A stretch of 64,000 bases of DNA from NCBI RefSeq assembly GCF_022045235.1, contig NW_027266266.1:1674001-1738000 (forward strand), written 5' to 3'. The stretch is from Haliotis cracherodii (Eukaryota). The notes under the pieces were generated by a model. It did not search any database. It had not been told where the DNA came from and saw only the letters and a list, made by a program, of their open reading frames with translations. This document shows, one piece after another, positions 25,401-37,412 of this stretch. Both the position numbers and the translations under genes were made by a program. Within the stretch, counting starts at the first letter, position 1. Every line of letters begins with the position of its first letter.

Positions 25401-26160
25401 ACTATTTTGCCTTTTACACCCAATTGAATCTGTTTCTGTGAACAATCGGAATTGAGTATTCTCGGGGGTTGACGTTTTATATTTGTAAAAGGGTAACCTT
25501 TCAGATTAAAAATGATAAATAGAATTCACCTCTTGTCTTGCCAAAGACTCGGAAAATTGATTAATTAAGACTTATCAATGCATTAACAATATGATGAGTA
25601 CAAGTATTCTCTAAATTATTTGGTTTCCAAGCAACTATTTGATTTGACTAAGACACAAGTAAATGCTAGTCCCTTTCAATCTCTCAGGTTATGCAGGAGG
25701 AAGCCATTACCAGGCCAAGGGTGGACCAGGGACAACTCTGTGCCTTCCTGACTCTCCGATCTACACCAAGCATACTACAGCAGGATCAGGCAGTACTCTC
25801 TATGGAACTGAGTATGAAGTTGAACATCCCTCTCTTCCACTACGAAACATGTTTCAACATGATGTACCTTGTGTGGTGTGCCGCAGTCGTCGAAAGAGGA
25901 GTGCTGTGATGGTTCCTGCCAGGAATGATTGCTTCCCTGAGTGGCATCTGGAATACAAGGGCTACCTCTTCGGGGGAGCTACTTCCGAAACAGGTTCAAG
26001 TGATTATGTGTGTGTAGATGAAGACCCAGAATCCATAAAGGGAGGCCATGCAAACCTAAACGGACATCTCCTGTACCTGGTCGAGTCCAAATGTGGCGCT
26101 CTGCCTTGTCCACCATATGTTGATGGCTGGAAGATGACCTGTGCTGTTTGTACAAAATAA
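19420..26160 (+). CDS. Paralog 1: secreted short-chain collagen C4-like (spongin/collagen IV NC1-related domain) protein, 250 aa, 4 exons
   Basis: Exons 19420-19474, 23763-23918, 24168-24236, 25688-26160; all GT-AG phase-1 introns; 753 nt in frame. Signal peptide MTMLHTTFILLLCLELVTG; family motifs GAVFTRWGKTTCP, YKGYAGGSHY, LCLP, YGTEYE, DVPCVVC, MVPARNDC, WHLEYKGYL, YVCVDEDPE, LYLVESKCGALPCPPY, TCAVCTK. An upstream ATG at 19411 is followed directly by TAG. Confidence 0.85.
19813..20016 (-). mobile_element. Degenerate SINE family C in intron 1 (also 37823-38015 and about 54360-54535)
   Basis: gttgtttgacgccacattcagcaatattc...cctgaccacccgatc...ttagttgcc. Confidence 0.6.
21745..21972 (+). repeat. 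Purine-rich degenerate tandem repeat (GAGAAAGCRATA) in intron 1 of paralog 1
   Basis: Repeated gaaagcaata/gaaagcgata; only the 3' part is retained in paralog 2 (38930-39015). Confidence 0.7.
22526..22850 (-). mobile_element. tRNA-derived SINE, family B
   Basis: Minus-strand B box GAGTTCGAATCCC, (ACTC)n tail; paralog at 39548-39865; internally deleted + strand copy at 50433-50558. Confidence 0.7.
23571..23720 (+). mobile_element. tRNA-derived SINE, family A (intron 1 of paralog 1)
   Basis: CCTAGTGGTTAAAGC...AGTTCGATTCCCCAC...GCTGGAATATTGCT. Confidence 0.85.
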
Positions 26161-26271
26161 AACATTCCATATTGTCCAAACTGTCTGTCAAATATGTACA
26201 TTAACTGTGTCTTACATACATCCGATATACACATTCCGCTTTCATAAAACTAACGATATCCATTTATAACT

Positions 26272-26380
26272 GTGAAGATCCGGGATAGAATAGGTCTTCA
26301 GCAACCAATGCTTGCCGTGACAGGCGACAATGCTTGTCATAAGAGGTGACTTAAGGCTTAAACAACATACAAACCAAACA
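26272..26380 (+). mobile_element. SINE family C fragment, 3' of paralog 1
   Basis: gtgaagatccgggatagaataggtcttcagcaacc...aaacaa tail; shared with paralog 3 (57187-57299), absent from paralog 2. Confidence 0.75.
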
Positions 26381-27099
26381 AACACACCATTTAACACTGT
26401 GTATGTAAGTTTATTGAGGTGCATGAGGCATAAAAATTATAGCATTTGGTTGTTTCATTATGTTAGGACAGACTGACCACTTTGACCAGTCAGTTCAGTT
26501 ATTATTGCCTGAAGGTCATAGTCTGAAGGTCATAAACAAACCACTTCGGAAGCACAAAATGTCACAAAATACGTTTCTAATGGCGACACTGATGGCACAA
26601 CCGGAGCCTCAAACGGAAGTCTAGATATCTGTCCAGATAATTTAAACTGACTTCGTTTCACAACGCCTAACCTTTTATGTTAAATCAAATTGAAAGTCGC
26701 CAAAGTGGTCGGGTTCGTCACGCTCATTGGGACCCTCGATCAATCGGTAGACATTGCATATGGATACCCTAGAAGCTCCATTATATGTCTGCAGTAGCTC
26801 AATGCGTAACAAATATAGAATGCAAAGCGAATTTAATGCATGTGACAATCTTGTTTGGTTTAATAAAGTGTTGTAAATATCTCTCACTGTCGTGATAATC
26901 CTTCACTTCTGTCATGTGGTTGTAAAACTGAATGACGAATCGCGATAATTATGAATGAAAATGTAGTTCCGGTAAGACAGAGGTCACGGTTATCCAATCA
27001 AAGTGAATAAAACGAAGTTCACCTTGTACAACATACGTGTGTCGTACGGACTGAGTATCTTGAAACCTGTTTTCTTCACCACGTTGGTAATGAAGTGCT

Positions 27100-27254
27100 T
27101 GACATCATGAGCATCGATCCACGCAATTGGGATAAGATGACATACATCAACCAAATCAGCGAGCCTGACCACTCGATCAAAGTCGCCTCTTACAAGCGTA
27201 GTCTCCTTTTGTGACAAGCATGGAAGACCCATTCTACACCGAATCTTGACGGGT
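27100..27254 (-). mobile_element. SINE family C fragment
   Basis: Paralog of 291-448. Confidence 0.7.
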
Positions 27255-27959
27255 CTTTAAACTTACTGGTGTAGAGGAGACACAAAAGCCAGACTGACCA
27301 CGTTGACCAGCCAGTTTAGTTATTGCTGGCTGAAGGTCCTAGCTTCGCCACTGATGAGCTTCTGGTCAGTGTCATTACACAAGGCATTTAACATGTATGG
27401 TTTCCTAGTTGATTAAAGGCCAACATTGCAGCATATCATCTAAATCAATCAATCAAATAATGGTTCATTGAATGATGTCATCGGCCCATATACTCGCACA
27501 TTACATTGACATGTCGTTATATTAACGAATACTGAAGTATACTGAGTATCAAGACAACTGACGACAGACAAAAGCATGATGAAAGATACTTGTAGCTGTA
27601 AGTTATTTTCTGTTTTCACAGCAGACAGGTTCAGTCTCTCAGCATGCTATGACACATGTTACACCGATTACACAAGTACCTCATGTGACACTAAATTAAG
27701 TGTGTTCATTGTTCTCTGCCCAAAATAAAGATACATTCTAAATGTTTATGTGTGGTCTAAACTCTTTACACTAAATGACAAAACTACAGTTTCTTAACAA
27801 GTCTGTGTTAATAAAAACCTAAAATAGTTTGGATCTTAATTATATATCTCGTCGGTAGTTACAAACCTTTACAAAAACCTTCAACTGATGTGAAATGTAT
27901 TGTTTCATAACACAAGAGACATAATGTACTCATGACACGGATTCAAAACTATGGATAGC

Positions 27960-28165
27960 TGCAAACTGTGTGAGCATTAGAGAAATTCCTGGTCGAATCG
28001 ACAGAAGCACTGATTGGGTAGAAATTATTTTACGATGCTTTGGACAATACCCAAGACACATCTCAAGATGCAAACTGTATGAGCATTATAGAAATTCACT
28101 ATTGAATCGACAGAAGCACTGATTGGGTAAACGAGTTATTTTACGATGCTTTAAGCAATACCCTA
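27960..28165 (+). repeat. 109-bp tandem duplication (also at 43858-44065; single copy at about 59938)
   Basis: tgcaaactgt..gagcatta recurs at 27960/28069 and 43858/43967. Confidence 0.8.
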
Positions 28166-28999
28166 TCTATATCACTGTGGAAAATATAATAATTACGTAG
28201 CAGAGCAAAACTATGAGTGGCAGTCACAGGTAGATTCAGTCATCAAATGCTTTCCTGGGTATTTTGGGGGGGAAACCAGAAGTGATTATTTCTTTTAACA
28301 AACTGGAGGAGCAGGAGTTACGGAATAGTTGGTACTTGGTCTAACTGATTTACACACGTGGTCGCTGTGTGATTATACGTCTAATCAAGAGAGTTGTGCA
28401 AGATTATTTTTTATAAATCAAAGGAAATTTAAAAGTCAACGCCAGAGAGGAATCAGTCTCGATTATCTTCCAAAACCAATTCCACAGGACACGAAATGAG
28501 AAATAGTGGTGAAATGAAATAAATGGATCACTGGAAATCACTTCTCTATGGTGTTTTATCCTTTACATACATTTGTCAGCATCACCATGTTCCATGATTT
28601 CCGAGGGTTGATCAATGTCAACACAAAGTCATTTTGCTGGTATCTTCAAGCAACACATAACCCAAATTCGACATTAATGTTGGAACTCAACAGGAATAAA
28701 AAAATATTTTCAGATTTATGCACAAAGAATCAGAATGACAAAACTCGATGCACAAAACTGTACGACAAGACGGATGACTTCCAAAAGTCAAAATTTCACA
28801 AGTTTTAAGGTACAATCGAGTATGCACTTCATACAAGCCTTGCTCAAAATTCTTTGATCAAGGTGAGAAGATTCAAGGCCTTAGAAAAGCTCTCTGAATG
28901 TATTATGGTACATGAATATGGAAATGTATTTGTCGCAATTATCGATGCAACGTCTCTTTTGGAATGACATTGATCTTTATTATTAATAGGATGTACAAG

Positions 29000-29208
29000 T
29001 GGGTATATGTGATTTGTAGCTTCCACAATAACTACTGTAACATCGCGCAGTAATTCCATGTTATCACATATCTAAGGGGGTATACAGGATTTGTAGCTTC
29101 GGCCATAGCCACTGTAACATCGCGCAGTGATTTCATGTTATTACCTATCTAAGGGTGTAAACTGGATTTGTAGCTTCCACAATATCCACTGTAACATCAC
29201 ACAGTAAG
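29000..29208 (+). repeat. 77-bp tandem repeat (about 2.7 units)
   Basis: Same family as 9290-9548. Confidence 0.8.
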
Positions 29209-29329
29209 AGGGTCTAAGTGATTCATAGCTTACCTCAGTCGGGATAATCGCCTACCCTAGGGGAAATTTGGGGTTTACGTCCCAATATTCGTCTGCCCAA
29301 AGCTGACGGCACTGCCATTGATGTGATCA

Positions 29330-29660
29330 TGTCCAACTGTCCCGACAGTGGTGCGCTCATGACCGACTGTCCCGACATTACTATGCTCATGCCCGACTGA
29401 CCTGACATTTGTGTGTTCATACCCGACAGACCTGTCATTTGTGTGTTCATACCCGACAGACCTGACATTGGTGTGTCATAACCGACTGCCCTGTCATTTG
29501 TATGTTCATACCCGACTGCCCTGACATTGATGTGTTCATACCCGACTGCCCTGACATTGGTGTGTTCATACCCGACTGCCCTGACATTGATGTGTTCATA
29601 CCCGACTGCCCTGACATTGATGTGTTCATACCCGACTGCCCTGTCATTGGTGTGTTCAAG
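29330..29660. repeat. 30-bp minisatellite variant (ATACCCGACTGCCCTGACATTGRTGTGTTC)
   Basis: Same family core gac..cc.tgacattggtgt..tcat. Confidence 0.9.
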
Positions 29661-30029
29661 CATGTACCCGAGAAAGTAGTGAAGTCAACATTATGTTTGT
29701 GACGTCATAATGACGTTAAGGTCACATTCAGTGACAATAGCGTCAGGCGTAAATGCATTGCTGTGTGAGTACACAAATACACAGAGAACTACCGAGGGAA
29801 GTATTGAAAAAAATACTTTTGAATTAGGTTGGAGTTTCAAAAGCCTAATGAACATTTTCTCTTTTTCAATTCGTAAATGTTTAAAATTGTTAAACAATTT
29901 ATAACATGAAAAGACACTGAAATGGCTTGCATTTATGCAACGTACATTTGGATCTCGAATTTACTGTCTCTGAACAGTCATGTGTGTTTTTAGCTGCATT
30001 CCAGTTTCCCCACATTAATACTCTCATCA

Positions 30030-31166
30030 TTAGTGTGTTTATGCCCGGACATTGATGCGCTCAATGCCCGACCGTCCTCTCACAGGTGTGTTCATGACTG
30101 ACTGTCGTGACACTGCAGTGCTCAAGTCCTGACATAAGTGTGCTAATGCCAGATTTCCTTGACATAAGTGTGCTCATGCGAGATAGCCCTGACATTGGCC
30201 AACGCATGACCAACTGACCTGACAATGGCGAACGCATGACCAACTGCCCTGACATTGGTGAAGGCATGACCAACTGCCCTGGCATTGATGAAGGCATGAC
30301 CAACTGCCCTGACATTGGTGAGCGCATGACCAACTGCCCTGACATTGGTGAGCGCATGACCAACTGCCCTGACATTTACGTGCCCATGACCAACTGTCCT
30401 AAAATTGGTGTACTCATGACCAACTGTCCTGACGTTGGTGTGCTTCTGGCCAACTGCCAGAAAAATATGGCGAGTTCAAGAACTGACATTAATGTGTTCA
30501 TGCCCGAATGCCCTAACACTGGTGTGTAATAATCGACTTCAACGACATCGGTGTATCATAACCGACTCCCCTGACATCGGTGTGTCATAACCGACTCCCC
30601 TGACATTAGTGTGTCATAGCCGACTCCCCTGACATCGGTGTGTCATAACCGACTCCCCTCACATCGGTGTGTCATAGCCGACTCCCCTGACATCTGTGTG
30701 TCATAGCCGACTTCCCTGACATCGGTGTGTCATAGCCGACTCCCCTGACATTGGTGCGTCATAACAGACTCCCCTGACATCGGTGTGCCATAACCAACTC
30801 CCCTGACATCGGTGTGTCATAACTGACTCCCCTGACATCGGTGTGCCATAACCGACTCCCCTGACATCGGTGTGTCATAACTGACTCCCCTGACATCGGT
30901 GTGCCATAACCGACTCCCCTGACATCGGTGTGTCATAACCGACTTCCCTGACATTAGTGTGTCATAGCCGACTCCCCTGACATTGATGTGTCATAACCGA
31001 CTCCCCTGACATCGGTGTGTCATAACCGACTCCCCTGACATTGGTGTGTCATAACCGACTTCCCTGACATTGATGTGTCATAACCTACTTCCCTGACATT
31101 GATGTGTCATAACCTACTTCCCTGACATTGATGTGTCATAACCTACTTCCCTGACATTGATGTGCC
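30030..31166. repeat. 30-bp variant array (30030-30530) followed by a 29-bp variant array (ATAACCGACTCCCCTGACATCGGTGTGTC, about 21 units)
   Basis: Direct periodicity visible. Confidence 0.92.
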
Positions 31167-32424
31167 AAGGATGCTCACCACATCCCGAACATGTTAAAAC
31201 ATAACCCACATCTTTACTACGGCAGTTATGTTGTGTGTTGACAGTGAATTGTTTATCTTGGAAAAATTGATATTTACAATCTTCAATTATTGTTGGGCAA
31301 GATCCACATCGAGGTGTGACACATTTGGTAGCTCTCAAGGTATTTGTGTTTAGTGAGTATTTACATGGATAAAGGGTTTGTTTGAGATTTTAGGCTGTCT
31401 AGTGCTACGTGTAAGTTTACGCTTACATAAACATGTTTTCACAGTTTCACTTTCCTGTAAAATTGGTAGAATGGCTTGTATGGGGGACACACTATTACAG
31501 TTACTGGGATTGTAGATACACACATGGAAGACTGTCCTCGCCTGTATCTGTTTCTTTTGATTTGAACAGTGTTTCCCGTGGTGTTTTCAGTGCTTTATGT
31601 ACAGTCTCTTCTGCCACTCCACATGGATATCCTTATGGATAGGTCTTTAATTTTCCCAATCTTTGGTTTCTTGTGTCCACATCAGAAAAAATAGTACAAA
31701 TATCCGTTTTCAATTGGTCGCCTTGCTTTACAATTTTAACGTCCAAAAATGTAATCCCATTATGGCCTCATTCCATGGAAAATGAAGTCAAAGGATAGAT
31801 CGAATAAACAATCTTCCGGAAACTCTTCCACTGTTGAGAACAAATAAGAAAACAGTCGTCCAGATATCTTCTCCATTTTCACGAATGTGCTTAGCTGTAG
31901 TCATCCATCAAATTATCTACTTTGACATAAAGCATTTCATCCCAATGTCTCATCCCCACAGTAGCGTATATTGGTGTTCCGTGTATTTGCTGATAAAACT
32001 GTTAAAATAAAACGTATTGTTCTCCAGTATACATTTAAAGATTGCATCTGGATGCTTATTTAACCAATATGGTATCGCTTCAAGTACTAGATGCGTGGGG
32101 TATATAACTGTATAACCTGTTCAGGTCAAAGGTCACTAAAACAACATCCGTTGGTTTCACGGAAGGTGATTCAAAAACCCTGTACCGAACAAAACTTGGA
32201 ACCTGTTTCGTCAGAGGTTCCAGTTTGATATCTGAGAAGTTACCCTGACTATTATTGGAGCCTCAAACAATAGGTCTAAATGAGTCCTTGGGATTCTTGA
32301 TTTCCACATATAGTGTAGACGACACAAATACTGCTCTTGTGCGTCGTCTGTCACTACGTCGAAGTTTTTATGACACCTGAAGAGCGGCGAAAGATCTTGC
32401 ATTACAAGCACAACTATCTGACTG
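31167..32424 (-). mobile_element. Penelope-like retroelement fragment (RT, Cys linker, start of GIY-YIG endonuclease), decayed
   Basis: Minus-strand peptides VLVTFDLNRLYSYIPH, LENNTFYFN, WRRYLDDCF (about 31850-31876), ITFLDVK, and KCVTPRCGSC...NCRSKDVGYVLTCSGCGE; truncated just before YIG. Confidence 0.85.
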
Positions 32425-33425
32425 CAACACTACTGACAACATGTAACAGGTCTTCTGTGTGTGTCTCCTACAACAATAGTGACAGCTTCATGTGTGTCTC
32501 TCAAAAACAATAGTGACAGCTTCATGTGTGTCTCTCAAAACAATACTTACAACTCCGTTTGTGTGTCTCCTACAATAACACTGACAACTCCTTGTGTGTC
32601 TCCTACAATAACACTGACAACTCCGTGTGTCTCTTCTACAATAACACTGACAACTCCGTGTGTCTCTCCTACAAAACACTGACAACTCCGTGTGTCTCTC
32701 CTACAACAACACTGACAACTCCGTGTGTCTCTCCTACAAAACACTGACAACTCCGTGTTTCTCTCCTACAATAACACTGACAACTCCTTGTGTGTCTCTT
32801 ACAATAACACTGACAACTCCGTGTGTGTGTCGTACAATAACACTGTCAACTCCGTGTGTGTCGTACAATACCACTTACAGCTCCGTGTGTGTCGTACAAT
32901 AACACTGACAACTCCGCGTGTGTCTCCTACAACAACACTGACAACTCCGTGTGTCTCTCCTACAATAACACTGACAACTCCGTGTGTCTCCCACAATAAC
33001 ACTGACAACTCCGTGTGTGTCTCTTACAATAACACTGACACACCGTGTGTGTCGTACAATACCACTGAAAGCTCCGTGTGTGTCGTACAGTAACACTGAC
33101 AACTCCGTGTGTTTCTCTAACAATAACACTGACAACTCCGTGTGTCTCCTACAATAACACTGTCAACTCCGTGTGTTTCTCTAACAATAACACTGACAAC
33201 TCCTTGTGTGTCTCCTACAATAACACTGACAGCTCCGTGTGTGTCCCCTACAATACCACTGACATCACCTTGTGTCTCCTACAATAACACAGACAAGACT
33301 GTGTGCGTCTCCTACAATAACACAGACACATATGTGTGTGTCTCCTACAATAACACTGGCAACTCTTTGTGTGTCTCCTACAATAATACTGACAAGTCCG
33401 TGTGTGTCTCCTACAATAACACACC
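32425..33425. repeat. 33-bp minisatellite
   Basis: Units acaataacactgacaactccgtgtgtgtctcct. Confidence 0.93.
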
Positions 33426-34789
33426 AGAATACACACCGAAATACAAACATTTTAAGTGGTAATGTTTACATCGTATCACTGCGTGGCTGTAACAAAAACG
33501 TTGGCAGCACGATCGCAGTCACTCTCACAGTTATTGTCGTTCACTACCGACATTGTTGAGATGGAGTCAGAAGTTAATGTTACTTCCAAAAATATGTACC
33601 ACATGCAGCCCCGAAACAGGAACACTTTGGAAATTGACAGAAAACATCAAGATACTGGTACTAGTTGAGACACTGAATAGTGGACCACAGAGAGAAGATC
33701 GACGGCCGCTGCTGACACGTGCTATACGCGTAACCCGTTTGACAATACTTGATCAACTACGTGTGCAGTGACGGACATTTCGAATGTATGGACACTGACT
33801 CCGCAGACCCCGCAGTAACCCGGATACAGTGATGTCAGTACCGTGTAACACTCTGCCGCTGCACGTGCTCTCTCCGAGGGGGAATGTTTCACGCGACAAC
33901 ATTAAGCACTATCTGTTGACAATTTGATGAGGTGCGGCGCTTCTGATCCCGCATCCAACCAAATGGAAATAGTATATTTCATAGTTCTTAAAATGGGTGT
34001 GGGATATTCATTCAGACTGAACACGTGATTGTAATAGTGCTTATTGTTGACATGACAGGTGCGTTACACAGTGGAAGCGTTCGGAATATTGATGATGTTA
34101 TAAAATATATGTTGCCTATAGGAACCTTTAGGTGAGATTTGACATTGTATCACCTTGTATGATTTACTGTAGAGCGATGTGACTTTCTCAATTAAAGTAT
34201 ATTGTATGTCTGACTTAAGCTATAATAGTTGGACATGTTCATGCAGGCAGATAGAGAAAGGTGTATAAATCAATATGTGCGTGTGGATGTTTGTGTTTAG
34301 GGCTGTCAACTGTGAAGCAGTACTTGGTAACAGATGAAGTTTAGCTTTGAAAACGTTCCATGTATTTCTGTTGTTGCTGACAGGAACCTACCAAAATGTC
34401 ATGTTTGTGTAATTGCTTGCATGAAACTCAGAAAAGATTAGAAGATTGTGCTTACTAACGGATGAAGTTTAGCTTATATAACATCCGTTATTGCTGACAA
34501 GGCGTTTGTGTAATTGTTTACATGAGGCCCTGTCAATAATAATACAACAGCTCGTGTTGTGAAATACAAAGCACAGTTATCAAACAACTCACAATACCAA
34601 TGTTCGAAAGTATAAATAAGTTATTCTAAGGAGAATATCACATCTTCCTTATTAAATTTTGTTTTACACTCCTGGCATGGTAGGCCTTATAATTTGCACG
34701 TGGACATTCTACAGAGTGATAGAAACACTCACTCTATACACAGATGCGAGACAGTCTCACATACAGATGATATGTAATCTTGTATCACA

Positions 34790-34948
34790 GGGGGGTGGGG
34801 TAGCCTCGGAGTTTGCTCCACACGCCGAAGACCCGGGTTCGATTCCCCACATCTTTACAATGTGAGATGCCCATTTCTGTTGTCCCCCGCCGTGTTATTG
34901 CTGGAATATTGCTAATGGCGGTTCAAAACAATACGCATTCACTTACTC
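34790..34948 (+). mobile_element. tRNA-derived SINE, family A
   Basis: B box GGTTCGATTCC; same insertion site as 16833. Confidence 0.85.
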
Positions 34949-37372
34949 TACTCTTGGTGTCTACTTATGCATTTCATAACTTTTGAGGTATAATCTACTA
35001 AGATAAAAGAGAGCATCATACAACTCTTGCTCAGAAGTTGTTTGATCAAGGTTACAAGACCCAAAGTCTCAGTAAAGCTTTCAACATGTTTTATGGTAGA
35101 CAGTTTTATGTTCAGGACATTTCCAAATTTAACGCATCAGTGACAAACATGACGTCCGATGTAATTCCGTATTTTGTACCATATTTCTTGTGGCTTTTTT
35201 TTCAGGTGATCAATTGACTTGCCTTTGCATGTGTTTGTGACGGCTGCCACCGGTTGGGCAGGATACGCTTGCCTTTTCGAGAACACCTGGTATCATCACT
35301 ACCTGATAGTTACTCATAAACACATGCCCATGACACAGTCGGAAACATACAATCGATTTTAACAGAGACTTCTTGTGGCTGTGGAAAGGGACTTTTCCCT
35401 TTATTAATACCTATTAAATATTCTCAACGTGGCTTTAGGCAAACAAAACCTACATTTGTTATTATTTGTTAAAGTGTTAGTGGCGGAACATACTTACCCT
35501 TTGCACAAACACCTGGTGTCACCCTTCATTTTCAGTGATGCAGTTGTAATTACACCCTAGTATGGTGTGTGTCCTGTCATTGTCTCATCTTCTCTTCTGT
35601 TACTCATTCATCAATAATAATTTTCACCACTATTTTGACTTTCACTTCCAATGGAACATCTTTCAGTTGTGTAAAGTATTGAAATAGATTGCATACAACC
35701 CTCATGTTTTGTACGTTGTCCCTGTCTGTGTAAAACAACACAAATGGTTATGTATATTATGGACGCTCTTATCATGCATTTTCATTCTCTTTCATACTAC
35801 AGAATGATTAGCTGGTTTTTCACACATTCATAATACTTGATTGAATAATTAAACTCTCACATAAGAAGACCCTTCCTTTCCGTTCTTGTGTTTAGTTAAC
35901 CGTTAACGAAGTCCATCTTCCAAAACATAGCCATCTGTCTCCCGAAAACTGACAATTCACCTGTGACTGCACTGTCGATAATGTCAGCTGATTTAGCCAA
36001 CTTGCTGCATCCTCTATGATATGCAGTCATCTCATTACCATACGCATTTCAACAATACTTTCAGCTGATATATTGTTTGGACTTTTCATAATTAGTTATT
36101 TAAAGTTTTGTTATTGAGATATACAATTGTCACATTGAATTAAAACAACAAAAAATGTGACTATTTCTGTATAGCATAATCACATACACGAAGGTGAAGA
36201 AACATACTCGCGTGTGGTGTGCACACTCAGTGCTGGGACAGAAGCAATGCTACATTGATTACCAACAGCTGTCACTTGCTGGTTCTGTAAACACAGCCAT
36301 TAAGGCCTGTGTACTGATACATGATATGTGAAGCGATCAAGGCTAGGTGTAAAGATGTGTATCATGTGGTGCACTATAGCATGAAATGTACAGTCGCAAT
36401 TACACCCTAGCATGATGCGTTCCCTATCAGTGTCTCATCTTACCTTCTGTTACTCATTCATCAATAACTAAACAGAGATAATATCAACGTTTGAGTATGC
36501 ATCGGTTAACCCTAACTGTTGTAAACATCTATATTTAATGTACACAAAAATAAAGATGACAATTCTATACCAGCTCAAATACAATGAATAAGCAAAGAAT
36601 TTAGAAAATGGAATGAGGAATGTTATCGTTATGTGTTGGATAACGTGCCATGTTTAATGTTTGTAGAAAGCAAATGATTTATAAAGTATTTTCAAGCAGA
36701 ACACATTTGTGGTTCATTTTTTATTTAATGTATATAACAGATTTATGATGGCACTTCTTTTACCAGTTAAAATACAATGAATGAACAAACATGTCAAAAT
36801 TGCTTTGGATTTGTTGGAGGTGCAACCATGAATTATTTAACGTAGCTCTTAAGGGTTGGATTAAAAACATGTTCATGTGAGATGAGTAAGTGATTTAATC
36901 AGAATGGATTTTCGCCCTTTTTATCAATATTCTAGCAATATCACATCAGGCTTTGGCATTTTCTGTGTAAGGATATTTACTGAAGGTCATGTAGGTATGT
37001 ACAGCACGAACTTTTGTACACATGTACACTGTGAGTCAACATTTTGTTCGCATATGTCTACTAATGCTTGAACAGCCGATTTCATATAGCCATACATCTG
37101 TGCATGTTTTTTTTATGTGGGTCCATACTGTGAAACAAATGTAACTTGTTTTTATGCAGACATTCATAAAACACGTTTTCAGACTTTTACTCTGCTTGAC
37201 TTTGAAATGTAACACATAGGGCATATGTCAGCAGCAACTGTTTAAAAATATGACTAATGATTCCTTCACACCCAACTTGATTGTGATATTTATCTTTCAA
37301 TCAACTGCAATGTTTGGTAACATTTGTTCTGAAGGATGATGCACGAGTAGGTGTTAGGTCCTGGTAGATGAG

Positions 37373-37379
37373 CATATAT
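37373..37379 (+). promoter_or_regulatory. Mutated TATA box of paralog 2 (CATATAT)
   Basis: Homologous position to the TATATAT of paralogs 1 and 3, with a T>C change. Confidence 0.45.
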
Positions 37380-37412
37380 GCCTTCCAGCTCTACCTTCAC
37401 TGTCGGTGTGGA

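Noticed and set aside
25663-25687. ORF-track starts MLVPFNL (25663, 56585) and 42320 as true gene starts
   Set aside because: The 25663 and 56585 ATGs lie in intron 3 just before the acceptor, and 42320 is an internal exon-4 Met. The spliced 4-exon model restores the signal peptide and the RWG motif.
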